From Schmidtea polychroa (taxonomy: Eukaryota): DNA of 64,000 nucleotides. Location: NCBI GenBank assembly GCA_044892525.1, contig CM097885.1, positions 67,580,001 through 67,644,000 on the forward strand. Reading direction: 5' to 3'. The notes below the pieces were generated by a model, which worked only from the letters and a program-made list of their open reading frames with translations, was not told the DNA's origin and did no database searches. A program made the translations under genes and the position numbers. Shown here one piece after another: positions 1 to 14,262 of this stretch. Each line of letters begins with the position of its first letter. Position 1 is the stretch's first letter.

Positions 1-1440
1 AGAAAACATTGAAAAAAAAGGCTTGTTGTCGAAAAAATATCAAAGTTATGGTAAACTTAATCTAATAATAATAAATCGCAGAAAGATTTAGTAAATTTAT
101 TATGCACCAAAACGCTGAGTTAAAAATATTTTTGTGTAATTATTAATAATATTATTAATAAAAGCGTCAAAAATGACACAAAATAAAATGAATATAAATC
201 TAATATTGTGTGAAAATATTCAATTTTTTGCAATGTCAAGATGCTAAGTCGATAGCAATTAGAGCATAAATAGAAATAATGAAAAGTATTTTTGATACTT
301 TAATCTTTAATTTATTTAATAAAACAAAATTTATGTATTTATGTAATTGTAAATTTTCTTATTGCTCCTCTCTGGCATGATTCGAGAAAAATTATTTGAA
401 TTACCATTTTTTTAAATGTACAAATAATATTTTTTTATTTATTATAATTACAAAAACTAAAGAAGTATCAAAGATTTTTTGATACAGTGCCTACTGGATA
501 AAACGGCCCTGCACACAGGTATGTAGATCCGAAACAAGAACTTTTTTGCTACATTTGGTGAAATTGAGATATTTTCCTCGGTTGACGTATTTCCAAAATT
601 CTTCTTTAGATTTTCTAGCTTGTAAGATTAAATCAGTTTGAAAAATTATTCAATTTCTAATTCCTTTAACTCCATGTGAAATACATTTGAAATTTTTTAA
701 CAATTTGTTTCATGCTTTTTATCTTTTTTAAAAGGAAAATATATTCATTCCGCAATTTCTTTAAAATTTTCAAAATCTTGTTATCTTACCTTCAATCTTT
801 TTTTGGATTCCAAGGACGTGTCTGTCAATGCTGTAATTAATATTTTCAAAGCTTTTTTTCTGGAGAAAAAGGTGCCGGAACGTATCTGTAGTAAATTTAT
901 TTTATATTTCAATTTTTTGAAATTTTAAATATGTTGATTATTTTACAATATGAATTTACAACGCCGACGACAGGAAACGATTTTAATGACGTAGTATATT
1001 AATGGCGTATATTTACCGTGAGCGTGTTTTATATAATAGTAATAACACAGGACGCACGGAGTTATGATTCACTCACTTTGGCGTACGACTACTATTTTTA
1101 ATTTGATTGTAATTGACTATTAAAAATAGAAATATGACAAAAAACCAATACATATGTCAATTTTTTAAAATCATTCAGCGAAAAAAGGTTGATGTTTTAT
1201 TTTTACATGGTAATTCTTTAAAATTTAAATGAGTTAAGTCACTAAGCCAAATTTTATCATTTAAATTTTCATAGTTTCCATATTGGTTGTGGAGAAAATC
1301 TATTATTCAGCCAATAAATCATAGAAAAAAATTTAGAACAAAAATAACAAAAAAATTCACTTAAATTTGTTTCACTTGTAACCTGACGGATCCTGCCAGG
1401 TTGACCTCGCGATCGACTTGATAGCCACTTATGTCAATAC

Positions 1441-4171
1441 CATGTCCCCCACATGGGGAGGCTGACAAGGCTCTAGCCCTAGGGCCCGGGATTAATGGGG
1501 TCCGCTGTGGCAGGTCGGTTAGTTAAATGAGATGAACATAAGACAGTAAGAAACTTATTAAATATTGACTTTTGTTTTGTACATATCAACTAAAATTAAT
1601 TACTGCATTTTGCTATAGGTACATTATATTATTCCGCTAATCCTCTCATCATTGTGATAGTGATTTATCTCCATTATATGCCGTATTGCCGATGGAAAAC
1701 ACTTGTCTGTATTGACACATTTAAAAAAATTCAATCGTATTTTGATTTAAAGCTCAAATTTGCAAATACAATTAAAAACGCTGCATGCGACAGCAAGCGA
1801 GTTCCGGGCTGGAGGTGTCTTTGAACTTCGTCAGAACATGCGTCAATATGATGATGCAGGTAAAGAAGTTATACTTCTTTTTTATTTGTACAAACATGTT
1901 TTTTTTATTTATAGAAAAGCCTATTCCAATGCTACCAGCTAGTGATTTTTAATGTTTGTTTGTTTTTATAATTTGACCACTTTTTATCCAAAATTAAAAT
2001 AAATTAGACGCTTATGTCTGATTTAATTTATAAACACAAATTGGCGCTCAGAAGAGGAAACTAAAAACTGAGAAAGAATCAAAAGCATCACAAGGTCGTC
2101 AGTTCATAACAAAAATTTTCAAAGAAAAGAACATAGCTCCCGATACAGATCAAAGTGAAGGTGGTGATGATAATAGCTATGACATTGAAGTCCAAGCAGA
2201 AAATCATTATCGAATGGATTCACAAGTTCAAAAACCATTCGAAGGAGAAGCAAGTGTTACTTGTGAACCAGTTGCAACTGAAGAAAAAATCGCTAGTAAA
2301 AATTCTAAGGAAGGATCGCCTGTGATAGAACATGCTGCAGTCAATGTTTTAGTTGCAGACTGTATTAATAACTCTGAAGTAAAACATGATGACCCTGGAA
2401 CTTGGCATCTAGTAATCTCGTATAACCTACGACAAGAGATAGTACAAACTATCAGCTTTTGAGAATTCCAAAAGATTTATAAGGTATTGCCAAGAGATAT
2501 TAATGGTAGAGAATTTCAACATTTGCCTCTATATGAAAACGAAAGATAAAAGAACAAGAGAACATTTTCCATGAGATTGGTTAACATGGAGTGCATCAAA
2601 AGAAGCTCTCTTCTGTCTACCTTGTCGTATTTTTGTGACCAAATTAGCAAAAACTTAAGCAGTTTAGCCCAAGAAGGATTTTCGCCTAGAAATAAACCTT
2701 GGAAAAAGTTGTAGGATATTTTGCCTCCTCACGAAAATAGTGCTCCACATAGAAAACATTATTTATCATGGAAATTCTTATTGCAGACATTAAAAGGACA
2801 TGGAATAGATAAAGATTTACAACAGCAAATTCAATGTGAGACAACTTATTGGAAAGCACTTCTGAAACGAATTTTAGTAGTAGATGCAACACCGGATATT
2901 TCTCACAATGAACAGAACGTCTTAATTCTAAGATAAATATCCCTAAACCAGGACTCAAGCCAATTTGAGGTGAATGAACGTTTCATTGAGTTCATGAACT
3001 TTACTGGAAAAACTGGACAAAAAATAACTAAAGAAATACTTGCAAGCCTGGAAAAAAACAATATTCCTCTTGAAGATTGCCGTTCGCAAGGCTATGATAA
3101 TGGCGCAAATATGCGTGGCGAGATAAAAAGGTTTTAAGTTCAACATCTTAGAAATGAACAACTGTGCATTGATCTCTCCCTGCGGGGCACATTCATTGAA
3201 CCGTGTAGGAGTCAAGGCTGCAAATATTAATCCAGGCGTTGTAACGTTTTTCGAAAATAAAGAAAGCTTTTACTCTTATTTCGCTCACAGTCCTGCACCG
3301 TGGGAAGTACTAAAAAACATGGACCATTATCTCTTCAAAGTCTTTCAGAAACAAGGTGGAATGAAAGAATTCAAGCGGTACGCCCAAATGTCAAACATTA
3401 TCCAGGCGTACTTGCTCGTTTCAGAATTTCCGTGGTTTACCCAGTATTGGATTATATTTTCAATGATTTAAATAGAAGATTTGGAGCAACAGACACCATA
3501 TGCGAATTATTCTCACCGATTTTGAACTTACAGAACTTAGACAATAGTCTACGTACCGCAAAAGCATCAAAGCTTTTAAAAACATATGAGACAGATCAAT
3601 CAGAAGACTTACTGCACGAAATTCTTCACCTTAAAAGTATTCACAAAACAGTTTTTGGAACTGAAAGAAGTCCAATTAAACTTCTGAATGCAATTTCTGA
3701 CAAAAAACTGCAAGGTATATTTGCTAATATCTGTTTTGTACCGTACCAGTTACGGTTTCTTCAGCTGAAAGATCATTCAGCAGGCTGGTAAATTCATTAA
3801 AAACATGGCAAAGAAGCACAACTAGTCAAGATCGACTCAATCATCTAACAATTTAAAGTATCGAAAATGATTTAGCAAAGAAAGTTGATTTTAATGATGT
3901 CATTGAAAAATTTGCATTGACAAAAGCTAGAAAATATATTCTACTTTGAGATAATTTTTGATATTATTGTAAGTTTTTACCATAGTCTGTTTTTTTAAAA
4001 TGTAAAGCTAAAAATTGTGGTTTATTTTTAATAAATTTTTAATGTTACTTTCTTGCCATCATTTAATCCGCCCTATTTTATCCTAATTCCTGTAGAGCAT
4101 CAAGCGTTATATAGTTTGGGGGCCCGCTGAAAATTCTGGCCTGGGGTCCACTTTAGGATGTATGGGCCATG
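1441..4171 (+). mobile_element. hAT DNA transposon (ZMYM1/FAM200-like transposase type), degenerate
   Basis: Perfect 8-bp TSD GTCAATAC at 1433-1440 and 4172-4179. Imperfect TIRs CATGTCCCCCACAT / ATGTATGGGCCATG. Internal transposase remnants. Confidence 0.9.
2050..3948 (+). pseudogene. hAT transposase with multiple stops and frameshifts
   Basis: Fragments HENSAPHRKHYLSWK and QIQCETTYWKALLKRI (DUF4371-like), C...GYDNGANM, GAHSLNRVG, LSETRW, and a hATC-like tail (TSQDRLNHL..LSIENDLAKKVDFNDVIEKFA). Confidence 0.85.
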
Positions 4172-4700
4172 GTCAATACTACTTTGCAATTGTCTTATAA
4201 TATATTACTAAATTATTTAAAAATGTCTCTCTAATATCTCCAAAATTCCACAATCAAAAAAAAATATTTTTTTTAATTTAATAAAATTTAATTTTTATTT
4301 GTAATATTATTACAAAATTGAATTTCTCAAACCCTACACTGCTTAGTAATGCATATATGAATCACACATTTTTTTCTGGCTATAACTTAAATTGTACACA
4401 TTGCTAAATACGTATTATATGCAAAATCAGAAATACGACATTTTACATCAGAGTGGGCCATGTCTGAAAAATAATATTTTGTTTTTAACCTAAAAATTAC
4501 GTTCTGTCAATTAGTTACACAATTTATAATTAAAAATAAAAAATTGTGCATTTTAGTGATTTTTTCTTTAAATTTTTTCTGGTAGTCATGGCAATTGTTA
4601 CTAAATTATGGTTTCGAACAATATCACTCGAGCAAAAATATCAATAATTCATTACAAATGTGAAAATATATTAAAAAAGGCAAACATCATTAAAAACAAA

Positions 4701-6671
4701 TTAGACAGTATATTTCTTTACATGTACATTTTTTTTCATTGATCCTATCTGTGATCCAAGAACGCTGAAAAACATATTATAATCTAATTGCATCAATAAT
4801 TGCCTCAAATGAGGATTCGAGGAGATGCTGCCCTCGACATTTGTGAATATGTTGTAGAGGGTTGTCGACAGGGAATGGAATCGATTTTGTAACATAATCA
4901 ATTTCGAGTTGATACTGGCCGTCTGATTGGGATCGAGCCTCGAATTCAGCTCAATTAGATCGCTATATTCCACGCAGACATGGCAAATGTCCGACAGGCC
5001 CCGGGAAATGACAGAATTGAACAGAAACAAATGAGCTTTGAGAGTCGACACGAGACTCTCGTGAGTCGATTTCAGCACTTCAATGTCGCGATTTTCCAGG
5101 ACTCTCTTCTTGAACAGCGACATTTGCGACTCGATGACATCGACCTGGATGTAATACTGCAAGTGGTTGATGAAAAAGCTCATGTGATTCTTCAGAGTCC
5201 ACTGGATAGTGTGAGAAAGCCCGCGTATCGATTTTATGTTGAACAGCGCGTTCAGTCGCATCTGGGTGCGCTTAATCATTATGAGGAACTGAAACAAGTC
5301 GTTGTAGCTCTTCATAAGGTCTGCAGTAAACACGATATGGAACGGCCAACGGACACTGTATGTCAATTCGATATCTTCCCATTTCAAGGTGGTTTCGGTG
5401 GAGTTCTTGTTTTGAATGAATCGGAACTTGTTGAGAGTCTTCTCGTCGTCAAGGAACACAGCTCTAGCCGCCTCTATGAATTCCTTATTGATTGTTGCTT
5501 CCGTAGAGTTACTAATCGAGGTGTTTATCACGTTTTTCTCCAAATTCGTGATGAAAACAATGAACAGTTCTCCTCGGCCAAGCAATAAATACTCTTTTAT
5601 CTCTTTAAAATATTCCTCTAGAAATTCGTTCTCTTTCACCAATAAACTCCACATTCGGCTCAGGATATATTTCTCGACATTCTCCACAACTTCTTGTACT
5701 TTCAACAAATTAAACCCTTTGATGAATTTCAAATCATTTAATTGATTGGAGAATTTTTCCTCTAGTTCACTTTTCAGTTTATTACCTTCGTTAGAATCTG
5801 TCCAGTCGTTAATTAAAATACTTTCCCCGTTTTTATCAAAGAAATGAACAGATTCACCTATAAAAAGTATTTTTTTCACTAAAGAAATCGGAATAAAACA
5901 AGGGATATTTTTCTCATTGATTTTAAAACCATTAACTCTTTTTCGAACATTCGAACGATAAACTAAAGAAGAAACTTGAAGTTTGTTCATTTTATCTATT
6001 AAAATTGGTTGTTCATCATATTTAGAAATTTCCTCTTCACCGTTGGCTTTATCTTGTTCGTCAGCTTTTTCATATACAATAGCAGCGATAAAAAATTCTT
6101 CGTAAGGATCGAAAAGTGCTCCTTGTAAAATCCACGACGATATCTGTCGATAAAGTGTATAGTTGCAACGCTCAAGTATTTTATTTAAAATTTCTTTGAT
6201 GTGAGAGTTTCCAATCGGAGTATTATTGAAAATAGCATCTAAAATCTGACAACCTCGGCGATTATTTTCTTTAACACTATCTAATATTTTCCACAATGTA
6301 GGAAACAATATAAAATAATTATATAATTTGGCTTTTATATAAGAGACAGATAAGAAAGGATCTGTAAGCAGTTCCTGTTGAATAAAAATTAATTCATTTC
6401 TATATTCTTCAAGAGCCATTGACACACCATAAGCCAAAGATATCTTATATAATCCACTGGTTTCTTTATTAATCAGAGGACTGGAGAATGAATTTATAAA
6501 TTTCTGCATTCTTTTATAATATGTTCCTAAAATGCAAACTTCATTCATGAGACTTTGCTCAGAAGGGACAACAAATGGAATTTCATTAAAAATTTTAATA
6601 ATTCCATTATTATCTTCAACAAATATATTACCAGTGACTCCATTAAGTGCTGTGAGAAATTCTTGAAGCAT
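4701..6671 (-). CDS. TUBGCP4: Gamma-tubulin complex component 4 (GCP4), intronless, 656 aa
   Basis: N-terminus MLQEFLTALNGVTGNIF, motifs LYRQISSWILQGALFDPYEEFFI, KKILFIGESV, KEYLLLGRGELF, WPFHIVFT, YNDLFQFL and HLQYYIQVDVIESQ (GRIP1/GRIP2). The length fits GCP4 rather than GCP2/3. Confidence 0.93.
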   Translation of the reverse strand: MLQEFLTALNGVTGNIFVEDNNGIIKIFNEIPFVVPSEQSLMNEVCILGTYYKRMQKFINSFSSPLINKETSGLYKISLAYGVSMALEEYRNELIFIQQELLTDPFLSVSYIKAKLYNYFILFPTLWKILDSVKENNRRGCQILDAIFNNTPIGNSHIKEILNKILERCNYTLYRQISSWILQGALFDPYEEFFIAAIVYEKADEQDKANGEEEISKYDEQPILIDKMNKLQVSSLVYRSNVRKRVNGFKINEKNIPCFIPISLVKKILFIGESVHFFDKNGESILINDWTDSNEGNKLKSELEEKFSNQLNDLKFIKGFNLLKVQEVVENVEKYILSRMWSLLVKENEFLEEYFKEIKEYLLLGRGELFIVFITNLEKNVINTSISNSTEATINKEFIEAARAVFLDDEKTLNKFRFIQNKNSTETTLKWEDIELTYSVRWPFHIVFTADLMKSYNDLFQFLIMIKRTQMRLNALFNIKSIRGLSHTIQWTLKNHMSFFINHLQYYIQVDVIESQMSLFKKRVLENRDIEVLKSTHESLVSTLKAHLFLFNSVISRGLSDICHVCVEYSDLIELNSRLDPNQTASINSKLIMLQNRFHSLSTTLYNIFTNVEGSISSNPHLRQLLMQLDYNMFFSVLGSQIGSMKKNVHVKKYTV

Positions 6672-8604
6672 TTATAAAAGAGAAAATAAATTAATATCAC
6701 CTAACAAATATTTGAAAAATACATTAATAAAAACAATTATTAAAACATTAAAAAAAATTAAATCAAGTTTAAAAAAAATCCATTTCAAAATTACAAAATT
6801 TGATATAAATTTTAGCTTTATATTTCATAAACAGTTAAATATTTGCATTGCGTAATAAAATTAGTTTAATATATTTGCTGATTTATTGATATTTTTATTT
6901 CACCAATAATTTAAAATATTAAATATCCAAAATTTTTAAATAATAATTTCTTGGTTTGCATAATAATAAATATTTAAAATCGATATTTAAAATGTATTAT
7001 AAAAACAATAAATTTTCAAAAATAAGAAATAAGTAATAACTAGAAGTATTTCGAAAAATCTGAAGAATATATTACAAAATACAAGGAATGTGGACATAAA
7101 AACATATCTCAAATCGCAGATAAACAGCATGACACATTTCAAGTAAGCATATATTTTCAAGTAACAAAATTAATGAAGAAAAATATGGTGGGTTTCTATA
7201 AAAAAAAAATAACAAAAAAAATTTTTAAAAAGTAAAAATTTAATGTTCCAAGGAAAAACATTATAAAATTTGAAGTTCAAAAATAGTTCAAAATAGTGAA
7301 TTGAATGTTAATGGATCGTTTATGTTTTTAATGAAATGATTTCAGAAGGTTAATATTTGTATCGAGTTTTTTAATATTCCTGGTAGAAGTTGACATTTTG
7401 TTTCGTCTGTGAATAGTAGACTTTTGTGTATTTTCTCCAAATTTTTTTTATAGTTGCTAGTTTAGTTTTTAATGTGGTTGGTGAGTCGACTGGGCAAAGT
7501 TCAATGATTTTAATTAATGTAGATTCCATCAAATTTTTGGCAAGTAAATTTCTACACAATAACCCTGGGAAAACACAAATCCCTGGCAAGTGTAGCAACG
7601 ATGGGAGCCACCTTTGAAGATGCCTGGTGTTGCGGGCTTCCGAAGTAGTGACTCCGAAGACGCCGGCGTGATGAAAGTAGGACGAACGAACTATTTTGTT
7701 GATAATCCATTCGACTTCTCTTTGCACATTCATCATTATCGTTAACTATTAATAGTGAAATATTCACAGTTGTTATTAATTATCATAATATTGATTTTTA
7801 TTATTGTGATGTTATAGTTGTTGATTTAATTTCATTTCCTTGACAATTGGCAAGTTTCAATAACAGAATTGTTACTATAGCTCCAGTTTTAACCAACATA
7901 ACCCTTATCAAAATACGATTTAGACCAAACCATGCAGCCAAAGTGAAACCTGAAAGCAAAATTGAGAACTACAGTGGCCTGATAATTTTCGGATTCTTCA
8001 GGTGCACAGGGTTAATAGAAAGCAATATACTGTTGGAGAAAACCCAAAGTGACTGAAAACTTAACAAAACTTACCAATGAAGAAAAATAAGATTAAATCA
8101 AGAAAAATATGATAACAAATCTTTTTAAAAATTTTGTAGAAAACAATTTAGAAAAATATTATATTTTTATGAAAAAAATTTAAAATGCTAGAATTGAAGT
8201 GTAAAAGATTTTGTATTAAAAAATAGAGAATCAAATATCAAAATCAAAATATTTGAAGTTTGGTCGTTATGGGAATAATCTTCTATAAAATCAAGAGTTC
8301 CACGGATTATTTACTTTTATTAAAACTTTAAAATTGTAACCTGCTTTTAGCAGAATTTTTGTTTGAGTAACTTCAATTTTATTATAGTGAGAATTTGATT
8401 TGTATAATAGTTATTATCTCAATGACAACTTTAAAATAATTTGATATTTTTAATAATGACAGGTAATATTTTTTTTTGTGTTTATTATTGTTTATATGAA
8501 TTTTGGACAAGAAAATATTTTAGGTATGTTTTGTCGTTCAATCAACTGTTGCTGAGATACAGATCCCTATTCCCCAACATGAAACGTCTAAAATAAGGTT
8601 ATGT

Positions 8605-9352
8605 CAGGGGTGGCGAATCTTTTTTTGATTGCGTGCCAATATTTTAAAATTGAAAAATAAAGTACATTTTTCAGAATTTTAATTGATTCAGTTACATACC
8701 ATGTGTTCACATCAAATGTTTCAAGTCTAGTTTAGTCAAAAAGAATAGTTATGACTAAAATTTTAACAAAACTACAAATACAATAATAGTATAACTTTAC
8801 TATAAGAATATATTTAACGTGATTTAGTGACTTAGTAAAATCAATGTGACTTTTGCTGTTGTATGGTGGATGATAGAAGTCGTTCAGTCCACCAATCTTG
8901 GAATTCCCTGCCACTTCCTTCTTCTGAAAGTTTTATTTTTTTTGCTTTGAACACGACATTTTATTTAGCAAAATTTCTATTTTTAAATTATTAAATATTT
9001 ACAAAAAAAATTAAATCTTTAACAAATAATAATGTCAGCAAGATGTCTGCGTCATCAAATTCTTAACTTGTTTATTTTTACTTGTTAAAACAAATGCGGA
9101 ATATACAAAAAATGATAGAAAATAATTTATAGATTTAATCATAAGAAATATATATTCTGCCATCTGAAAATGACCTATTGTTCGATTCCTAGTTAACGGT
9201 TTCTAAAATATTTGCACAATAAAACCATGCTGAAGTGTTAAATTGCGATTTCAATGATTTTATACTACTAAAATTTACACAAATTTGTTTTATCTCAAAG
9301 GTTTGGCGTGCCACATGAAATCTTCTCGCGTGCCATAGATTCGCCAACGCTG
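8605..9352. mobile_element. Non-autonomous hAT-like element (MITE)
   Basis: TIRs CAGGGGTGGCGAATC / GATTCGCCAACGCTG. Flanks GGTTATGT / TTTTATGT (6/8 match, decayed 8-bp TSD). Confidence 0.7.
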
Positions 9353-11899
9353 TTTTATGTCAAAAGTTAAGAACGATTTGTTGTGGTTTCCTACTAACAA
9401 GAATTAATATTTGCAGTTATCCATATTCAACATTATATAATATGATGGATATTTTATTTTCAATATTATGCAAAAAGTCAAAATTATGCCAACTAAACAA
9501 AAAGTAAAATAAAAAAGAATAAAGCTTAACGAATGAGTAGTGGTTTACCACTTGTTTTGTCTATCCCAGCTGAAGCAGGTTCACCATTAATTATGGACAA
9601 TATTCTCTCTAAGTCGAGAGCATGCACAGCCACACCACTTTTGGAAAACTTCCACACAAAACAAAATATTTTCCGCGTACAAAATAGTCTATAAAAATGT
9701 AAATTTAACTCATCATGCTATATTATTCAAGTTTTATTTTTTCTTAAAAATGTGCTAATTAAAATAATTTTTTTAACCGTTATTTTTTATCTTTATAGTC
9801 CGTTTGCATGACATTTGCATAGGTTGTTTTAACACCCTTTATATCTCTCGTGTCTTTCGTTTCTCTTCTATTTCTTCAATTTTCATTCCTGGTTTTGTTG
9901 ATAATATTTCTTTAGTACAGTCATTGTACGTTCGTTTCATGATAATATGCTATATATTTTATTGTCGTGCCGTTGTTATAAACTTTAATTATAAATTTAC
10001 TTACCCTAATTTCAAATGCTGCAAATCTTTCACGTTTTCCATGTTTAATTACATCGCATTCTTTGATTTTACTCAATTTGAACTAACTGATCCTGAATAT
10101 TTTTAAGAACTAAATCTTATCTTTACTATGTCATTTCTTTCTTCTGTGTAAGTTTTATTTCGTTTTACAGATGGTTTTCTTTGTCAATCAGCAATAAATC
10201 TAGCAGTTATCAGTTGTTGATTTTCCGTTTCTAACCATTTTTCCTTATCACCTAACCTTTTTCGGCATCTACGCGGCTTATATTGAAATTCAGAATCTTA
10301 GATATCGTTTTTTTGGAATTGACTACAATAATTCTTAATGAGCTTGGTTTAAGTAACCATATTAATTGATCGGGTGTGGTCGCCAGTTACATTTAGCCCA
10401 TTTTATTTCTTTAGAACGTAATTGATGGAAATAAAAATTCACTGCTCACTCTAACAGGTTCAAACTGCAAAAATAATACAAGACACGATCTCCACGTTTG
10501 CTATCTGTAGACTGCTGCAGTCTAAACTTTTATTGCGTCGAGAATAACGGAGTGGGGGTAAAAATACCAAATGTTCCAATATTGGAACACTGGGAAAAAT
10601 GGGTTAAGGAAGTCATCAAATATTTAATTATTACAAAATTTTAAAAACTTCCCTCTTAATCAAAATTTTAAAACAAAACAAAATTATTTAAACAATATCG
10701 TCTCAATATATATTTTATTATAAGAAATTTTAAAATTACCTTTTAAAATTAAGTATATAACCGAGCGGATAGCTTTGAAAATCCTTGTAATTCCTGTCAG
10801 TGATGCGAGTGGTAAAATATGTTTAAAGATGGTAGTTTAGTTAGAAACTAGTATCGTAACTACCGTCCTGAGGCCCAGACTCATCCTTTTGGATTTGTAA
10901 ATAAATTTCATATAAAAATAATTCCATTGTAGATGTAGTCAAATTTTAGAAATTTGAAAAACATGAAAAAATAAAACAAATTAAATTAAAAGTAATGAAA
11001 AAGCTTCATGTACCGTTTTAAAATGACAAAAAAATTAAATTTGAATATTGTGATTGAAATTCTGGAGATTCAGTATCAAATTAATAAATAAAATTAATTT
11101 ACTGAAAACTCATTCTAATAAAAATAAAATATTTAGAAAAGTTAAAATAAAATTATACAAAATTAAACATGAAAAAAGTTTTATGAAAACAAAAAATTAA
11201 TATGTAAGTGTGCACAATTTTTTTTACGGATGTCTAACATTTGAATAATATAAACATTACAGGCTTTGTGATACCAAGTGCAAATCCCAATAGTAGACTA
11301 GTTTCGAGCTTTTGGCTCTCATCAGTACCATGCAGGAGACACGAAGATTTCTCTTCGCGCCAGGTAAGTATACAATATTGCTGATTCAACTCTATTGCAT
11401 CAATTTAAAATAACTAAACCTATTCATGATTTGTATCTTGGGAAATATATTTGTTAAAGTTATCATCAGAGAAAATAACTTGTGAAACTAGCAATAAAAT
11501 TTTAACTTTTAGATGTATGAAAGAACATGAAATGACACATTAGAATAAAGTGAAAAAACATTTCCACCTACAACACTCCAATATATTGAAATAAAATTAT
11601 GAAATTCTAAACCTCTACCATATTTTAAGCATCGAACATGCTCTTTCTGGGGATTCTTATTGTTTAGGGGGGTTGTTTGGTTTGTATTGCACGTTTATTT
11701 ATTTCTATTAGTATATCAAATTATTATTATAGTAACTAGAACTTTTTTAACTTAGATAAATTAAGCCTCTAATCATGAAATCTGCTGGTTGTGAAACATA
11801 ATTATGTAATAACACTTGGGTATTCTTGGGGATAAATTAAATTTAGCGATTCTATGGAAACAGTCTCACAATTAAAACACTTTTTAAACATACCCGAAC

Positions 11900-13900
11900 C
11901 CAGTAATAGGTTTAATAATTAAGTTATTATTTCATTAGAAAATGATGTTGAAAACAATCTTATTCTTGAGACAACTATAGAAAAGTTCTGATGGGTTACA
12001 GGTAATCCATATTTTACTCTTTCGTGCTGTTGTCAGCGTAACCCTGAATACAACCATGTTGTACCATTTGATACCTGTTGAATGGTCTACTTTAGTAATG
12101 TATCGAACAGGTGAGTGCCAGTGAAAAGTGAGCATACCATTGTATGCTATAATTGATAAGCATTCAAGCTGGTTCGCAGACTGTCGATAGAAGGCCCTTT
12201 TCTCGGTGATCACTTGTACCTAAGGTTCGGCTCCTACCATGATATCACCATTTAATCAGTGGAAAGTCAGCATATCTCTGCTTTTTCAACTAAAACAACT
12301 ATCTAAATACTCTAACAGATTTATTGAAATAAAACACAGTATCACACTAAAGTTATTATTTGTCTTTTATTGTGATCGGCTTTCCGAACATATTGAGCTG
12401 TACCCACTAGTGCTTTATTTATTTTTTCTTCATCAGTGTAGATTTGATTTATCAATGACATTTCTATATTATTGATTTTCACTCACTTTACTCCAAACTT
12501 TCATTGTATCAATGCTCCCTATGAATTAGGGCTTGACCTCTTTTACCACTACTAGTGTAACTATTTTGATCTTCCGATTCCATGTGGCCGTTAAAGTCAT
12601 GAATCCCATTGCTTCTTCACCTCCAGTTCAAAAACTCCGCATAATAATATTATACTATGTTGAAGTTCTATTTTACCTATTTCTCCCACAAATTCTTGCT
12701 CATGACTATTTCTGATGCTCCATAGTCCCATAATATCTCTGCTTCTGCATTATTCAACATTATTTTACTCCAATTTCCTCCATCATTCGTCTGGTACATC
12801 TGTTCTTCTGCCTTGTCTCTTTGTCGTTCATTTCTTCTTTCACAATTTGCTGTCTTGACTCCACCGACGAAATGAAACCCATGAAGTTGCTGATGTTTTT
12901 TTCGTCTTCTCTCAATATAGTATATTTGTCAGGTACAATGTATCTATCTTCCATATCTCTGTGAGCCATTCTGAAATCCTGGCAGTTCTCAGTCTAATCT
13001 CTTAATTCAGATTTTGAATCTTCTTCTATGCACGCTATTCTTTGATATCGGCGTGGAACCTCTTTCCACAACGAAAACAATCTCGGAATCTGTGTCCTTC
13101 CTTGCCACATATCAAACAGTTATTTCCTTCGTATTGTATTGGTCCGCGTATATGATGTTCGTCTCTTCTTGATTTGTGGTGACTAAATGACTCTTCTGAT
13201 AGTCTTCTTTGTGGTGATGTAGGCAAAGTATCTTAAATATTCTTTTGAATTATCACCTGCCCTCCCTCAATCACTTTAGCATATGTTCTTTGACCGATTG
13301 ATTTAATAAATTCCGTTTTATTGTTTCCATTTTTGTTACTTTCAAAAATTTTCGCCAATGATCTTGTTTCTTCAATTTTTGTTTCTGGTTTCGTGAATAG
13401 TAACTCCCGCAGTCTAGGATCACGTGCTTTATTTGCGATGAGATCTTAAACAATATCTTCCTCTGACCATCCTGAATTTACAACTGCAGCTAAAGCTTTT
13501 CTTAGGCGTATCTAAAAAGCCGCAAAGCGTTCATCATCTTCCTGTTCCATAGCTGCCAATTCTCTGATTTTGTCAGTTTATTGATTTTGTAATTGTGAAA
13601 GTATATGTAAGAACCATGCTTTGGCTTTCACATATGTTGTTTCTGTTTCTCTGCCGTTTCCCAACAATTTCTTTGCTTCTGCTACTAGTAACTCATCGAA
13701 AGTCCTTGTCAATCGCTGTCCATTTCTCAGCAGTCATTCTTCTATATCCCTGATCCATTCTTCGGATTCATTTAAACCTCGTCCATCATATTGTCCGATA
13801 TTCAGTGTGAGCATGTCTTAGCATGATTTGGGTAGGCAATCCATTAGCAATTTTTTAGATTTCGAAATTGCATTAACGTTATGATTTTTGGCGTGGTCAC
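11900..13900 (-). mobile_element. Heavily decayed LTR-retrotransposon gag/protease region
   Basis: CCHC knuckle CLICGKEGHRFRDC (ORF 13035-13226), fragmented gag-like frames, retropepsin-like remnant near 12500-12650. TAGTGACCACGCCA at about 13888-13901 (-) resembles a decayed tRNA-Trp PBS. Confidence 0.6.
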
Positions 13901-14105
13901 TAGTTAAATCAAACTAGGTTTTAAAATTATTCAAATCCGACAAATTTATTATTATTCACAAGTTTTTAATTTTCCACAAAAACGTGACAACTCACTTATA
14001 TTACCTCTTTAAGTGTTTTATTTCGTCAAACGAAATGCGCTCCTCAGCGGCGAGTTTTGTTATTCGCTAGCGTTAAGACGAATAAAAATATATCATAAAA
14101 TATAA

Positions 14106-14262
14106 GCATAAGACGAATAAAAATATATCATAAATATTACTTTTGTTAACATATTATCTTAATAAATATCATTCAATAAGATATTATTTTATTGAATGAT
14201 ATTTATTAAGATAATATGTTAACAAAAGTAATATTTATGATATATTTTTATTCGTCTTATGC
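14106..14262. repeat. Perfect AT-rich palindrome, 74-bp arms with 9-nt loop
   Basis: 14106-14179 is the exact reverse complement of 14189-14262. A partial direct copy of the arm start lies at about 14074-14099. Confidence 0.9.

Noticed and set aside
4980-5745. 202-aa and 109-aa ORFs antisense to TUBGCP4, and similar shadow ORFs over the Gypsy cassette
   Set aside because: Antisense shadows of real coding sequence with no independent protein features.
7371-8056. Short ORFs on both strands between TUBGCP4 and the MITE (121 aa on -, 63 and 69 aa on +) with some splice-like signals
   Set aside because: No recognisable domain, and no consistent exon chain could be built.
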